Notes under the pieces: model-generated
Told to the model about the DNA's origin: nothing
Database searches by the model: none
Seen by the model: only the letters and a program-made list of their open reading frames with translations
Part shown: piece by piece, positions 1 to 10,444 of the stretch
Numbering within the stretch: position 1 is the first letter of the stretch
Layout of the letters: every line of letters starts with the position of its first letter
IMG/VR virus record: IMGVR_UViG_3300030104_001475
Coordinates: 1-34,965 of that record
Strand: one strand, 5' to 3'
DNA: 34,965 bases
Source: a virus
Lineage: Duplodnaviria > Caudoviricetes
Position numbers and translations under genes: made by a program

Positions 1-99
1 TTTACTTTTTTACTAACAAACATATGTTGATTTTTTTAATTACTGATTTATCTTATAGTGTTGCCTGTGATTCTAACACATTTACTGTTCTTTGGCTGC
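1..99. repeat. Terminal direct repeat, copy 1 (identical to 34867-34965; probable assembly overlap)
   Basis: Exact 99-nt match to the end of the window. Confidence 0.95.
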
Positions 100-3000
100 T
101 AGTTATATCTGATTCTACTACATATACTTTTTGCATACCCCCTTTATTACCCATACCTGATGAGAACTGTTGATTAGCAAATTGAGGACTATTAAGCAAT
201 CCTCCATCTGCAAATTTAACACCACCACCTGCTTCATTCATAGCAGATAATTGACTTCTATACATTGATGTGCTTCTTTTGTTTATTACAGCCTCTCCTC
301 CTTCTAACTCTACCACTCTACCACCTACAGCAAACTTTTCTCCACCTTGTGCGTGTGATTTTCCTTTAACCATTCCTCCATCTGCAAACTTTTTGATTAC
401 ACCACCTTTACCAAACTCATCTACAATACCACCTTTTTCAAATACTCCCATAATCTTTCCAAGTAATGCTAGAGTTCCAATTACTGCAATTATATTAAAA
501 GGAAATGGTATTTTAGTTTGACTTGCTGCCCCTTTAGCAACTTCAGATTTTGCTGTAATTAGATTTGCTATAGCCAACTTACCTTCTGCAATAGTTTGTA
601 AATTTGTTTGTAATGTTGTTATTGCCTGTATAGTATTTGCAATAGCAGATATTTTATTTCCTGCTTCTTTAATAGCGTTAAATCTTTCGTTTTCTCCTGC
701 TAAAGTACTCATTGCACTACCTACACCACCCAAAGCAGAAACTTGTTCATTAAGCATTTCTTTTTGAGTTTGATTAACTTTAATAGTGTTTTTTAATATA
801 GAATTATTTATATCAATCAACTCTAAAGCATTACCTGCATATAGGTCTTTCTTTTTATTTAAGTATTGAGCCTCAAGTATAAGCATATTAGTTTTAAATA
901 CAGCATCACTCATCATTGTTGTTGCTCTTTCATTCTCTAACTCTAAAACCTGCTTTTCAAATTCTTGTTTTAAAAGCCTTTCTTTTTCGGATGTTTGAGT
1001 TTTAATTAGATTAAGTTCAACAGCGTTATAGGATTTTCTGTTTTCCTCTATAGCGACAGCCTCCTCTTTGGTTAGCATTTTTCTATCTCCTATAGCGTCT
1101 ATCATTTCCTCATACTCGGCATTTAAAAACCATTTTCTAGCCTCTAAAGACCTTTCATTAAACTCTGCTTCTGTTATTTCTTTTTTAATTAACATTTGCT
1201 GTAGGTCTGTGATTTCGTCAGCATAATCACTTTGATATACCTTCATAGTTTCGCCCAACTTTAACTTGGTAAGTTTTAGTTTATCATCTAAATATTTACC
1301 TTGAAGTGCCACCCCTCTTTTACCATTTCTATCGCTTTCTTTCAAGGTCGCATACTCCTGCCTGTTAATACTCTGTTGAGCCTCTATTATTTTTATTGCA
1401 GCCTCTCCAACACCATACTCTCCTGAATCTTGCTTTGCCTTTATATCGTTAAGTTTTGCCTGAAGTTTAGTAGCCCAATCAATAGCATCTTGACCTGTTG
1501 TACCACCATTACCACCACTACCGCCACCTCCTAAATCAAGACCAAGCATTTTTTCTAAATCTATACCATCTAAATTTTTCTTTAAAATTTTTCTTAAATC
1601 TTGTGCCTCTTTTAGTTCTTGTTTTAAAACATTTACTTTGTCTATAGCAGCACTAATATCATCTCTTGCCTCTCCTTGCATTCCTCCATTAAAGGCATTC
1701 ATTACATCATCAGCCAAAACCAACAAACCCATCCCTAAAATGTCAGTCCTGTTTTCATTTTTAAATTCTTTTATTAAATCATTAAGTTCATTAGCATCCT
1801 CTAGTGCTGAAAATGCGTGTTCTAGTTCTGATTTTATTGTAACAAGTTCTATATCTACCTCTGCAAGTGATTCTGTTGTTGCTTTAACTCTTGCTATTTC
1901 TACTAATTCTTTTTTATATTCTGCAGAAGCGTCTTTTAAGTCATTCACAGTGGTTATACCTGTCCTCATTCCTCCAAAGAAATCGCCATTAATTCTTTCT
2001 AGTTTTTTTAATATTTTTTCTTGCTCTTTAAGGGTAGTGTTTTCATCTGCATACTTATCAATTAACCCCTCTATTATTGTAAACTTTTTGGCATCTACAT
2101 TTTCAGATTCTTTTTTTATTTTATTAAGAGTTTTTTCTTTGTCTATTATTCCTTGTATAGCCCTTCCGTGTTCATCAGTAATAGCAGCCAATTTTTCCTC
2201 CTCACTAGCAGCAAACATAAATCTAGCAGCAAGTTCTCCTAAAGCAATAATCAAAAGACCAACACCTGTAGAGGCAATAGCAACTTTTAACCCTCTCATA
2301 GCGGCAGAAAGGGCAATAGCAAAACCTTTAGTTACCGTCATAGCAACACCTGTTGCTGCTACATCTGCAGCAAATAATTTCATTAAAACCCTAGTAGGTT
2401 TTAAACCTATAACTAACGCTAATAAACCTTTAACTAAAAGTTTTACCTGTTTGATTGTTTTTTTAATTCCCTCCTCATTTTCTGCTAATCTATTGAGAAA
2501 ATTAGCCAATTTGTTAATACTTTCTTTTAAGGCATCTCCAAAGTTATCCATTAAAGCGATGCTCATACCTTGTGCTGCAGACTTTAACCTTAAAAAAGAA
2601 CCTTGTAGCGTATCTCCAACCATTTGAGCCATTCTATACCCCTCTCCTGTAGCGTTATTTAATTCATTTCTAAAGTCTATAAGACCATCAGCACTCATAA
2701 GTAAAGTTTCAAATGCTGCTGCCTGTCTAATATCCACAACCTCCATTACATCAGCCATACTACCACCCTCTAAAACAAACTTTTCCATTGCAGGAACTAA
2801 ATCATCTAATGAGTGTATTGTACTTCCAAAACTCATAGATAGTTCAGATGTAGGGTCTTGCATTTTAAGTAAGATATTTCTTAAAGATGTACCTGCAATA
2901 GAAGCCTCAATACCTGCGTCTGTTAGTTTACTCATCATTGCTGCTGTGTCCTCAATAGAGAATCCTGCTGATTTTGCAATCGGAGCAACTTTAGTCATAG

Positions 3001-3736
3001 ATGTTTGCCACTTTTCAATATCCATAGCAGAACTTGCAAAGGAAACAGCCATTACATCAACTACCCTTGTTGTTTCAGAAGCGTCTAGCCCAAAACCTCT
3101 TACTGCTGCTCCTGCTACTGTTGCACTTCTAGCCAAATCACTACCTGTTGCAGTTGCTAATGCAAGTGTAGGCTCTACAGCCTTTTGTATTTCTTGTGCT
3201 GTAAAACCAAGTTTAGAGAAATTTAACATTAATTCTCCTACCTGTGCTGCAGTAAAGAATGTAGACCTACCTAATTCCTCTGCTGTTTTTGTAAGTCCTT
3301 CAAATTCTGATTCTGTTGCCCCTGAAACAGCATTTACTTTAGCCATAACAAATTCAAATTCTGTAAATGTAGAAACAACACTACTTATAGCACGACTTAC
3401 AGTTCTAAATGCTCCAACTATAACCCCTATCGCTGCAGCCCCTTTAATAAACTGTTTCGCCATACTATTTTGAGATTGAGTTGCTTTTTTAGTAGCAGAT
3501 GTAGTACCTGCCATATTCTTGTTTAACTCTCTTAATTCTTTAGAGTTTTGCTTTATTGCTTGGGCTCTTTTTTTATAGGCTTCTGCATTTTTTTTAGACT
3601 GAAATCTACCTGATTTAGACTCTTTTTCTTGGTCTTTTTGAGCCTTTCTTAATTCTTTTAACTCTTGTTTAAGGTCAGCAATCTTTTTAATATTTTTGAT
3701 TTCTACCTCTATTGCTACTTTGCTATTTATTGCCAT
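53..3736 (-). CDS. Tail tape measure protein
   Basis: 1227 aa, helical and Ala-rich. TP901-like core (AEELGRSTFFTAAQV...AGTSLRNIL), hydrophobic segments, C-terminal FxxGG repeats. Confidence 0.93.
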   Translation of the reverse strand: MAINSKVAIEVEIKNIKKIADLKQELKELRKAQKDQEKESKSGRFQSKKNAEAYKKRAQAIKQNSKELRELNKNMAGTTSATKKATQSQNSMAKQFIKGAAAIGVIVGAFRTVSRAISSVVSTFTEFEFVMAKVNAVSGATESEFEGLTKTAEELGRSTFFTAAQVGELMLNFSKLGFTAQEIQKAVEPTLALATATGSDLARSATVAGAAVRGFGLDASETTRVVDVMAVSFASSAMDIEKWQTSMTKVAPIAKSAGFSIEDTAAMMSKLTDAGIEASIAGTSLRNILLKMQDPTSELSMSFGSTIHSLDDLVPAMEKFVLEGGSMADVMEVVDIRQAAAFETLLMSADGLIDFRNELNNATGEGYRMAQMVGDTLQGSFLRLKSAAQGMSIALMDNFGDALKESINKLANFLNRLAENEEGIKKTIKQVKLLVKGLLALVIGLKPTRVLMKLFAADVAATGVAMTVTKGFAIALSAAMRGLKVAIASTGVGLLIIALGELAARFMFAASEEEKLAAITDEHGRAIQGIIDKEKTLNKIKKESENVDAKKFTIIEGLIDKYADENTTLKEQEKILKKLERINGDFFGGMRTGITTVNDLKDASAEYKKELVEIARVKATTESLAEVDIELVTIKSELEHAFSALEDANELNDLIKEFKNENRTDILGMGLLVLADDVMNAFNGGMQGEARDDISAAIDKVNVLKQELKEAQDLRKILKKNLDGIDLEKMLGLDLGGGGSGGNGGTTGQDAIDWATKLQAKLNDIKAKQDSGEYGVGEAAIKIIEAQQSINRQEYATLKESDRNGKRGVALQGKYLDDKLKLTKLKLGETMKVYQSDYADEITDLQQMLIKKEITEAEFNERSLEARKWFLNAEYEEMIDAIGDRKMLTKEEAVAIEENRKSYNAVELNLIKTQTSEKERLLKQEFEKQVLELENERATTMMSDAVFKTNMLILEAQYLNKKKDLYAGNALELIDINNSILKNTIKVNQTQKEMLNEQVSALGGVGSAMSTLAGENERFNAIKEAGNKISAIANTIQAITTLQTNLQTIAEGKLAIANLITAKSEVAKGAASQTKIPFPFNIIAVIGTLALLGKIMGVFEKGGIVDEFGKGGVIKKFADGGMVKGKSHAQGGEKFAVGGRVVELEGGEAVINKRSTSMYRSQLSAMNEAGGGVKFADGGLLNSPQFANQQFSSGMGNKGGMQKVYVVESDITSSQRTVNVLESQATL

Positions 3737-3737
3737 A

Positions 3738-4265
3738 TTATCCTATTGTTAATTGTATTGCTTTACTTTTACCTGTTTGCCCTATAACTACATCAATTTG
3801 CTTTCTTATATCCTCCTCAATCATATCGTTCAAACCCATTCTCTCTGCTGCATCAAAAGCCACATCTATAAAGAAATACCTTCTAGGAGCAACTCTATCT
3901 CCCATTGGAGTAAAGTATTTTGTTTTTAATTCACTAACTATATGTGATATAGATTTTCTTTCGTGTTTTTGATTATCAAAAACAAAGCCTTTGTTTAAAG
4001 CCCATTCTTTTATTGTGTCATAATCGTTTTCAATGTTTAAATCTACACCTGCAGGACTACCATCATTAACAAGCCACATATACTCTACGTTATTCATAAC
4101 GTCCATAACAAGGCTTCCTCCTTTTTTATGAATTCTAACAAAAAAACCTTTACTTAATTTTCCTGAAGCATTGTGTTGTTGAAAAGCCAACTCCTCTCTT
4201 AAGAGGTCAATATATAAGCCCCCTGCAGTTCTTAAAGCATCTTTTATGATTGTTAATTCAGCCAT
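3738..4265 (-). CDS. Putative neck/tail-completion protein (HK97 gp10-like)
   Basis: 175 aa. ASGKLSK and APRRYFF motifs. Lies next to the tape measure gene. Confidence 0.55.
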   Translation of the reverse strand: MAELTIIKDALRTAGGLYIDLLREELAFQQHNASGKLSKGFFVRIHKKGGSLVMDVMNNVEYMWLVNDGSPAGVDLNIENDYDTIKEWALNKGFVFDNQKHERKSISHIVSELKTKYFTPMGDRVAPRRYFFIDVAFDAAERMGLNDMIEEDIRKQIDVVIGQTGKSKAIQLTIG

Positions 4266-4267
4266 AG

Positions 4268-4993
4268 TTATTTAGGTAGATTAAATTTATTAGGATTACT
4301 AACAGTATTGTCATATCTGTTGTTACCCACACTAATTGTATTTAACTTAAAATCATCAGATGTGGTTTGAGAATTATTAGATTTAAAAACCATATTAAAA
4401 CTTCCTTGAAATTGACCACAAGGCTCTCCTTCATCTCCACTTCTCCTAACACTAACTATTATTGCTTTTTTTGAGGTTATATCAGTAGTCCCTAAATCAG
4501 CATATGTAGTTCCGTCTATCGGCAAAACATAATCATCAGAACTTGCTGCAAAAACAAAAGTCTGTCTAAATATTAAATTAACAGGAGTCGAGGTTGTTCC
4601 TGAATTAGTTTCTTTCATCCAAACAGACAAAACAAGACTAACTTCAGGGCATTTTAACCTATCAAGACTCCTCACATAGCCATTTACACTTTTTAATGAG
4701 CAATCATAAGGAGCAATAAATTGAGAATGAGCAGCCCCCCAACTATTACTATAACTAACAGCGTTAGTAATTACTGCTCCTGAATTTTGAGTAAAATATG
4801 CGTTTTGTATTGGGTTGGATAACAGGTCATTAGTAGTGGCAGTTCTGTTATCTACTCCAAACCTGCAGTTATGAGAAAGTTCTTTATTTTCAACTGCAGT
4901 AACTAAATTAAAATCAGCCATAGTGCCTAATCCTGAATTTAGATGAGTTCCATTTGCCCTTACATTCCTTCCTGTTAAATTTTGTATTGCCAT
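4268..4993 (-). CDS. Virion structural protein, beta-rich (tail fibre/accessory candidate)
   Basis: 241 aa, S/T/N-rich, within the tail operon. Confidence 0.5.
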   Translation of the reverse strand: MAIQNLTGRNVRANGTHLNSGLGTMADFNLVTAVENKELSHNCRFGVDNRTATTNDLLSNPIQNAYFTQNSGAVITNAVSYSNSWGAAHSQFIAPYDCSLKSVNGYVRSLDRLKCPEVSLVLSVWMKETNSGTTSTPVNLIFRQTFVFAASSDDYVLPIDGTTYADLGTTDITSKKAIIVSVRRSGDEGEPCGQFQGSFNMVFKSNNSQTTSDDFKLNTISVGNNRYDNTVSNPNKFNLPK

Positions 4994-5002
4994 ATCTTTT
5001 TT

Positions 5003-8000
5003 TTATTCTTGATTCACAGGGTCGTTAGGGGCAGAACCATCAGGATTGAATATCCCTCCACCTGTATTACCTGAATTATTATTTACCCAAACCCCTTCAG
5101 TAGGAAAACTAGAACCCTCATTAGGACTCCATTGGTGCAACTCTACTTTAGTAGGCTCATTCTTATGAGGTTGGAAATCTATCACTTTTACAAGCCTATA
5201 ATAAACACCATCAATATAAACCATTTTTCTGAAATCTAATTTCGTTATATCTGTTATTTTTAAATCAATATAACACACCCTCATTTTGGGTCTTGCTTGT
5301 AACCCTAAAATCATAGGTTTATAATATCTAGTGTACAATCCTTTCCCTACCTGATTTCCTATCTGCTGAAAGGAATTAGTAGAAGGGTCGTAGTCTTTAG
5401 CCCAATAATTACCATAAGACAAACCAAACTGATTGCTAAAGTCATATCTATTTATAAATGTCGCTGTACAATAAAAAGAAGTATTTAAAAGCAATCCATT
5501 GTATTGGTTTTGATTAATAGAGTCTGTAGGGGCAATTTGAACCTTTCTACTTCCAAACAATAAACTATTTTGAAACTCTCCTATTTCTGCTTTAAATCCT
5601 TGCCATAATGGGTCGTGTTGAACAGGCATTGTCATTTTATTGTAGTAAAGCATTCTTGGTTTAAACTCATATCCTTTTGTTGATGAATACCAATAACTAG
5701 CCTTCCATAACGCAGCAGTATAGGCATTTTCCCCATAAGTAACAGTTTCTCCTGCTCCATAATTTTTAGAATCATATGTACCTGCAAAGAAAGGGTTCTC
5801 AAATATTGTTTCTCCTGCAGGGTAAGTATTAGGAAGTTCTACCTGTTGAGGATAATTATCTCCAATACTATCAAAATAAGCCTCACTCATACTGTTTACC
5901 CTCCAATCTTTATCATCTGTTTTGTATTTAAAGATTAATTTTCTTGTCCAATTACTCTCTATAAAACTTTGAACATCTGAAAGATTTCTTGCTAACTTAT
6001 GAGTCCAATTAACAGCATCCCTAGGAGGTAAGTAAAAGTCGTTAAAAGGCTCTATAAATACTGTTTTAGAGGACTCTTGAGTGTAAAATTGCAAATTAAA
6101 AGCGTGTGCAACACCCTTAACAAAATCTAATTGTTTTTGGTCTGTAGGAAACACATCTTGTAAATCGTATGTCCCTCCCCATACAGGTATCTGCTCATTT
6201 ACTAATTCTATAGTTACTATACCATTAGAACTTGTCCAATCGTTATATGCTGTTCCAAAAAGTTCTGTCCTTACCTCAACCTGTGTTGTATTAGAAAAAT
6301 TTATTGAAGGGCTAGAAACTTTAACTATAGGAGCAACACCAAATGTTAATCTAACTAAATCGTCTTCATTAAAATAATGTGTAGATGATTTTGAAGGTAA
6401 AGTACCACCAAAAGAATAATCGTTGTTACAGTCAGTAAAACTACTTAAAGCATCTGCACTTGCATTATCAACCGAACTTATTGTTTCCCAAGTGCTATTA
6501 GCAACTCTTTTAACTTGAACACAGATATTTCCATATATTGTCATTCCTGAAGCACTATTGTTTACAATACTCCCACTACCTGACCAATCAGCCTCATCCC
6601 AATTAAAAAAATACATTATATTTTGAGTGCTTACTGTATAATAACCTGCCTTGTCTATAGTCCATTGATTACCCACTGCTGCTGTCATTATTTTTAACTC
6701 TTGTTGCTGACCTGCAGATGTTGTTATTACATTTGGAGCAGGTTGAAACCTTCCACTACCATCTCCTGACCCACAAGTCCCTCCAAATCGTATAGCGTCG
6801 TATGGAGTTTGAAATGTATTGTCATATGTTTGAACTCCCCCCACATTTTGAACATTAAATGTCCAAGTTTCAGTATGGTCAAAAATCTTTAAATTTGCTT
6901 GAGTTGCGGCACAACTGCTGTTATCATTGAAATTACCTATGTATGTATTGGATTGTTTTCTTGCGTTAGCATTATTGTAAAGAAAGTTTGGGGTAGCGTA
7001 TAATAATCTTTTAAAATTATCACTTTCTATAAAATTAGACGATATTCTGTACCCTACATCATTAAATATTTTATGATACATATTATATATCCAAACAAGT
7101 GGTCGCCAATCCATTACAGGCTCTACTTTTTGTTGATTAGCCCCTAAAAAACCTGTTTGAGAAACATTGTAGGTAACATTATTCATATAATCAATCTCCC
7201 ATTGCTCTTTAAACATTTGAAACCCATCTCCATAATCATACCCTGTTTCATTTACCTGACCATAACTTGCTAAAGGGTAGGTTACAGGAGAAGTATTTTC
7301 AGTAGTTACACCTGCTCTATCTGTTTTAGATGTAGCATTATCATTTGTCCAAGAATCAGCAATATTTGCAGCACTTAATTTAAGATTAGTGGAGTTTTTC
7401 AACTGTAAATCACTTAAATACCTACCCTCCATAGTTGTAGACCAAGCAAGATTATCTCCTAAAAAAATACAAGAATAAAGAATAGGTTTATCGTTTAATC
7501 TTTCTATATTTTGAACCTGAAGCAGACCTTTTAGTGAGAATAAATTTCCAACTAGAATCCTGCAGGGTATTTTTTCATATAATTGAGCGTCTTGATGTGT
7601 AGAATTAGCAATATTAAAATGCTTTAAAACTCTATTGTTGTTTTTAGTAGCAGGAACCTGAAATGTTTTACTAAATGCTCCTTTTCTAGCATCAATATTG
7701 GAAGGGTCGTTTACAGAAAAAGTAAGTGCAAGAGGAAAATCCTCTGTTGTAGAAGCGTCTAAAACCCCAAATATAGAACTCTTATCAACTGCTGTTCTAT
7801 AAACTCTTAAGTATGTTAGTTCTAGTTCTGTACCGTCATTGGCATAAACACTTAATTTGTCAATATTTGACGAGCCTTGAATCCATTTTGTACTATAATA
7901 TCCATAATCGCTAGTTGTTCCTGCTCCTCCTGAAGGTACAATAGTAGAATTTAACAAGGTTATATTAGCCCCTCCTACTCCGTGATTAGCCAAAAGCAAA

Positions 8001-8269
8001 GACCCCACTCTATTGTAATTTCTAACAGCAAATACAGCCTCATACTGATAACCTTCTACAAAGTCTTGAACTATTGTTGCTCTTGCTGCCCCATTTCCTG
8101 TTGTCAGTTTTCTCATCTGATAACCATTAAATGTAAAAGAATCGGTACTGCTTAAAGCAGGGCTTGTCCATCCTGTTGATGTTGAAAACTCTGAATTAGA
8201 AAGCATTTGCCCTCCAATTCTTACATTCTCTCTACTTTGTAAAAGTTCAATTCTAATATCTTTAGCCAT
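5003..8269 (-). CDS. Tail tip/hub protein with an N-terminal carbohydrate-binding-like domain
   Basis: 1088 aa. FPLALTFSV..RKGAFSKTFQVPATKNN motif, which I recall from Bacteroidota phage tail proteins. C-terminal YIDGVYYRL. Confidence 0.7.
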   Translation of the reverse strand: MAKDIRIELLQSRENVRIGGQMLSNSEFSTSTGWTSPALSSTDSFTFNGYQMRKLTTGNGAARATIVQDFVEGYQYEAVFAVRNYNRVGSLLLANHGVGGANITLLNSTIVPSGGAGTTSDYGYYSTKWIQGSSNIDKLSVYANDGTELELTYLRVYRTAVDKSSIFGVLDASTTEDFPLALTFSVNDPSNIDARKGAFSKTFQVPATKNNNRVLKHFNIANSTHQDAQLYEKIPCRILVGNLFSLKGLLQVQNIERLNDKPILYSCIFLGDNLAWSTTMEGRYLSDLQLKNSTNLKLSAANIADSWTNDNATSKTDRAGVTTENTSPVTYPLASYGQVNETGYDYGDGFQMFKEQWEIDYMNNVTYNVSQTGFLGANQQKVEPVMDWRPLVWIYNMYHKIFNDVGYRISSNFIESDNFKRLLYATPNFLYNNANARKQSNTYIGNFNDNSSCAATQANLKIFDHTETWTFNVQNVGGVQTYDNTFQTPYDAIRFGGTCGSGDGSGRFQPAPNVITTSAGQQQELKIMTAAVGNQWTIDKAGYYTVSTQNIMYFFNWDEADWSGSGSIVNNSASGMTIYGNICVQVKRVANSTWETISSVDNASADALSSFTDCNNDYSFGGTLPSKSSTHYFNEDDLVRLTFGVAPIVKVSSPSINFSNTTQVEVRTELFGTAYNDWTSSNGIVTIELVNEQIPVWGGTYDLQDVFPTDQKQLDFVKGVAHAFNLQFYTQESSKTVFIEPFNDFYLPPRDAVNWTHKLARNLSDVQSFIESNWTRKLIFKYKTDDKDWRVNSMSEAYFDSIGDNYPQQVELPNTYPAGETIFENPFFAGTYDSKNYGAGETVTYGENAYTAALWKASYWYSSTKGYEFKPRMLYYNKMTMPVQHDPLWQGFKAEIGEFQNSLLFGSRKVQIAPTDSINQNQYNGLLLNTSFYCTATFINRYDFSNQFGLSYGNYWAKDYDPSTNSFQQIGNQVGKGLYTRYYKPMILGLQARPKMRVCYIDLKITDITKLDFRKMVYIDGVYYRLVKVIDFQPHKNEPTKVELHQWSPNEGSSFPTEGVWVNNNSGNTGGGIFNPDGSAPNDPVNQE

Positions 8270-8272
8270 ATT

Positions 8273-10441
8273 TTAATTTCTTTGCGTTACAAGTGCGTGT
8301 GAGTGTGTATATTCAAATGTCATTGTTGTTAATCCTTTTGCTTCATCATATGTGTCAATACTAGATGATGTTATTATTATTGGTACATAATCCATATTGT
8401 TAGGGGTTCTACCATCTGTATTTATTCCATCATTTAAATCATCAAGACTTCTGTAATTAGTTTTATACCATAAACCACCATTACCGTGCCATTGTGTTAA
8501 ATATTCTGTCCAAACATTTGGAGATGTTAATATTTCTCTTAACCACTCTGCTTTTTCTGTTCCCATAGGAAGTGTCGTTACCCTTCCTGATTTTGTTCCA
8601 TTTACATTCAACACCTCTAAACCTCCTTTGTAATTTCCTGTAGTCCCTATATTATCAGATAAATAATTTCCACTTACAGGAGCATTATTAGAAGGGTAAG
8701 GTTGAAAACCATCAACACCATCATTAATAGCACCACTCCTTAAATCAAATCTATCAGGCTCTTTCCTTTGTATTATATCTTTTTCTGCATTATAACTAAT
8801 AGATTTCTGACCTTTTATAGTATAACTATCAATGCCACCACATTTATTTAGCCAATGCACTCTAAAATACTTATCGTGATTTGTAAGTCCACCACCTACC
8901 CATCTTATTCCCTTACACCTAATAGGGTTTGGTAATGTTAGTTGGTCAGACCTTAACTCTGTATAATAAATACCTGCATATCTGTAGCCTGTGTTACTCC
9001 CAAGTGTGTTTAACCATCTATCTCTATCTATCTTAAAATACCTAATCTCTGAAATTCTTTTGCTTACTCCTGTACCATTTCCACTTGTTGTTGTTTTGTT
9101 ATATACAGATATAGTATAATAACTGATTTCATCATTTAAAAATAGAGCACTTTTGTCTGATGTAACTCCATTTACATCAATTTCCCTTCTCGTATATGTT
9201 TCTCCTCCATTCTCCCAAATATCTTTTACTGCAGAATCTTTATGTATGCAATTAGCATTTATAAATACAGGAGATATGTTTTGGGCACACATTCTCCATT
9301 GGCTTCTAGGCCATATACCTGCTATTCCATTTATTGTTTCTTTTGGTCTAAAATTTTGAGTAAAATCATATAATTCTGCATTTCTTACAGTATTCCAATC
9401 TGCATCCTTTGCAGTTATCTCAATCCAAACTTGGTCTGTCAAGTCAGAAGTATTATTTGTACCATATTTTGTTTCAGGAGGGTCAGCAGTATCGTCAAAC
9501 CCACTATTCCAAATAGCATAATTGTTTACTGTTCCTTGAATCCATTGTATAAACTCTGCAGCCTCATCCATTCTAACATCTTTAGAGAGTACTCTAGTAT
9601 CTCCATTATAATTAATAGTTCCACCCCAATTTCCATTAGTAGCCCTAGTCATAAAACTCCTCCAATACTTGTTACTTGTTCCCCAACCAAGATGTACAAA
9701 TGATGAAGGTTGACCCCTTACTCCTGCAGGAAAAGAATCGTCATAATCAATTGCTGAATTTATAACAGCAAAATTACTGTTACTTTGTTTTACAGAACCT
9801 GCTAGAGTAGCCTCTCTAATAATTCCATCTCCATCAATTATTTCACATCTAATTTGCACTTTAATTTTTCTGTATGCTCCGTTTCTAGTAACTGAAAAAA
9901 TATCCGTACCTATAAATTCAAATCTATTTTGCTGTTGGTCTGCCCCTCCATTCAATCCACCCCAAAAGGTATTAGCATAAGTTCCTTTTCCGTGAGGAAC
10001 TAAAGAGTAAGAAAGTAAATCTTTGCACATTTCACTAATATCAACAGTAAATATATGTCCTTGTGATGTTGAAACACCATCTCCACCATTAACCCTATCC
10101 ATATCGCTTATATTCCTTATATCTCTTGATTTTCTTATTGAACCTACTAAAGTCCAATCATCAGGAAATGTTGCCCCACTTGACTCGCTTATTTGATAAA
10201 CATCAAATATTACATTTACTATATCTCCATATACATTCGCCCCTGATGTAACGGCATTTGACGCTAATGGCTCTTGGTTTTCGTTAAGCAAATTCCAATA
10301 CGCACCTATTACAATAGGGTCGTTTACCGACCATAGATTATTGTAAGACGAAAAAAAAGCCCTTTGTCTGTTCTTGCTGTTTTCATCATACCCATAAGGG
10401 TCTTGCCCTACATATAATGTTCCATTTATTCCGTATGCCAT
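8273..10441 (-). CDS. Tail (distal tail/baseplate-like) protein
   Basis: 722 aa. WLNKCGGIDSY and WLREILTSPNV motifs, which I recall from Bacteroidota phage tail genes. Confidence 0.65.
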   Translation of the reverse strand: MAYGINGTLYVGQDPYGYDENSKNRQRAFFSSYNNLWSVNDPIVIGAYWNLLNENQEPLASNAVTSGANVYGDIVNVIFDVYQISESSGATFPDDWTLVGSIRKSRDIRNISDMDRVNGGDGVSTSQGHIFTVDISEMCKDLLSYSLVPHGKGTYANTFWGGLNGGADQQQNRFEFIGTDIFSVTRNGAYRKIKVQIRCEIIDGDGIIREATLAGSVKQSNSNFAVINSAIDYDDSFPAGVRGQPSSFVHLGWGTSNKYWRSFMTRATNGNWGGTINYNGDTRVLSKDVRMDEAAEFIQWIQGTVNNYAIWNSGFDDTADPPETKYGTNNTSDLTDQVWIEITAKDADWNTVRNAELYDFTQNFRPKETINGIAGIWPRSQWRMCAQNISPVFINANCIHKDSAVKDIWENGGETYTRREIDVNGVTSDKSALFLNDEISYYTISVYNKTTTSGNGTGVSKRISEIRYFKIDRDRWLNTLGSNTGYRYAGIYYTELRSDQLTLPNPIRCKGIRWVGGGLTNHDKYFRVHWLNKCGGIDSYTIKGQKSISYNAEKDIIQRKEPDRFDLRSGAINDGVDGFQPYPSNNAPVSGNYLSDNIGTTGNYKGGLEVLNVNGTKSGRVTTLPMGTEKAEWLREILTSPNVWTEYLTQWHGNGGLWYKTNYRSLDDLNDGINTDGRTPNNMDYVPIIITSSSIDTYDEAKGLTTMTFEYTHSHALVTQRN

Positions 10442-10444
10442 ATT

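Noticed and set aside
1-99. Biological terminal repeat or att site
   Set aside because: 99 nt matches a common assembler k-mer, and the overlap cuts through coding sequence. It shows circular assembly, not the virion ends.
270-3972. Long plus-strand ORFs (270-521, 1638-2627, 2946-3473, 3712-3972)
   Set aside because: Antisense shadows of the tape measure and neck genes. They are Ser/Phe/Leu-rich mirror sequences with no promoter or recognisable motifs.
9309-9312. GGCC avoidance
   Set aside because: GGCC occurs at least at 9309 and 32991, and expected counts are low in AT-rich DNA.
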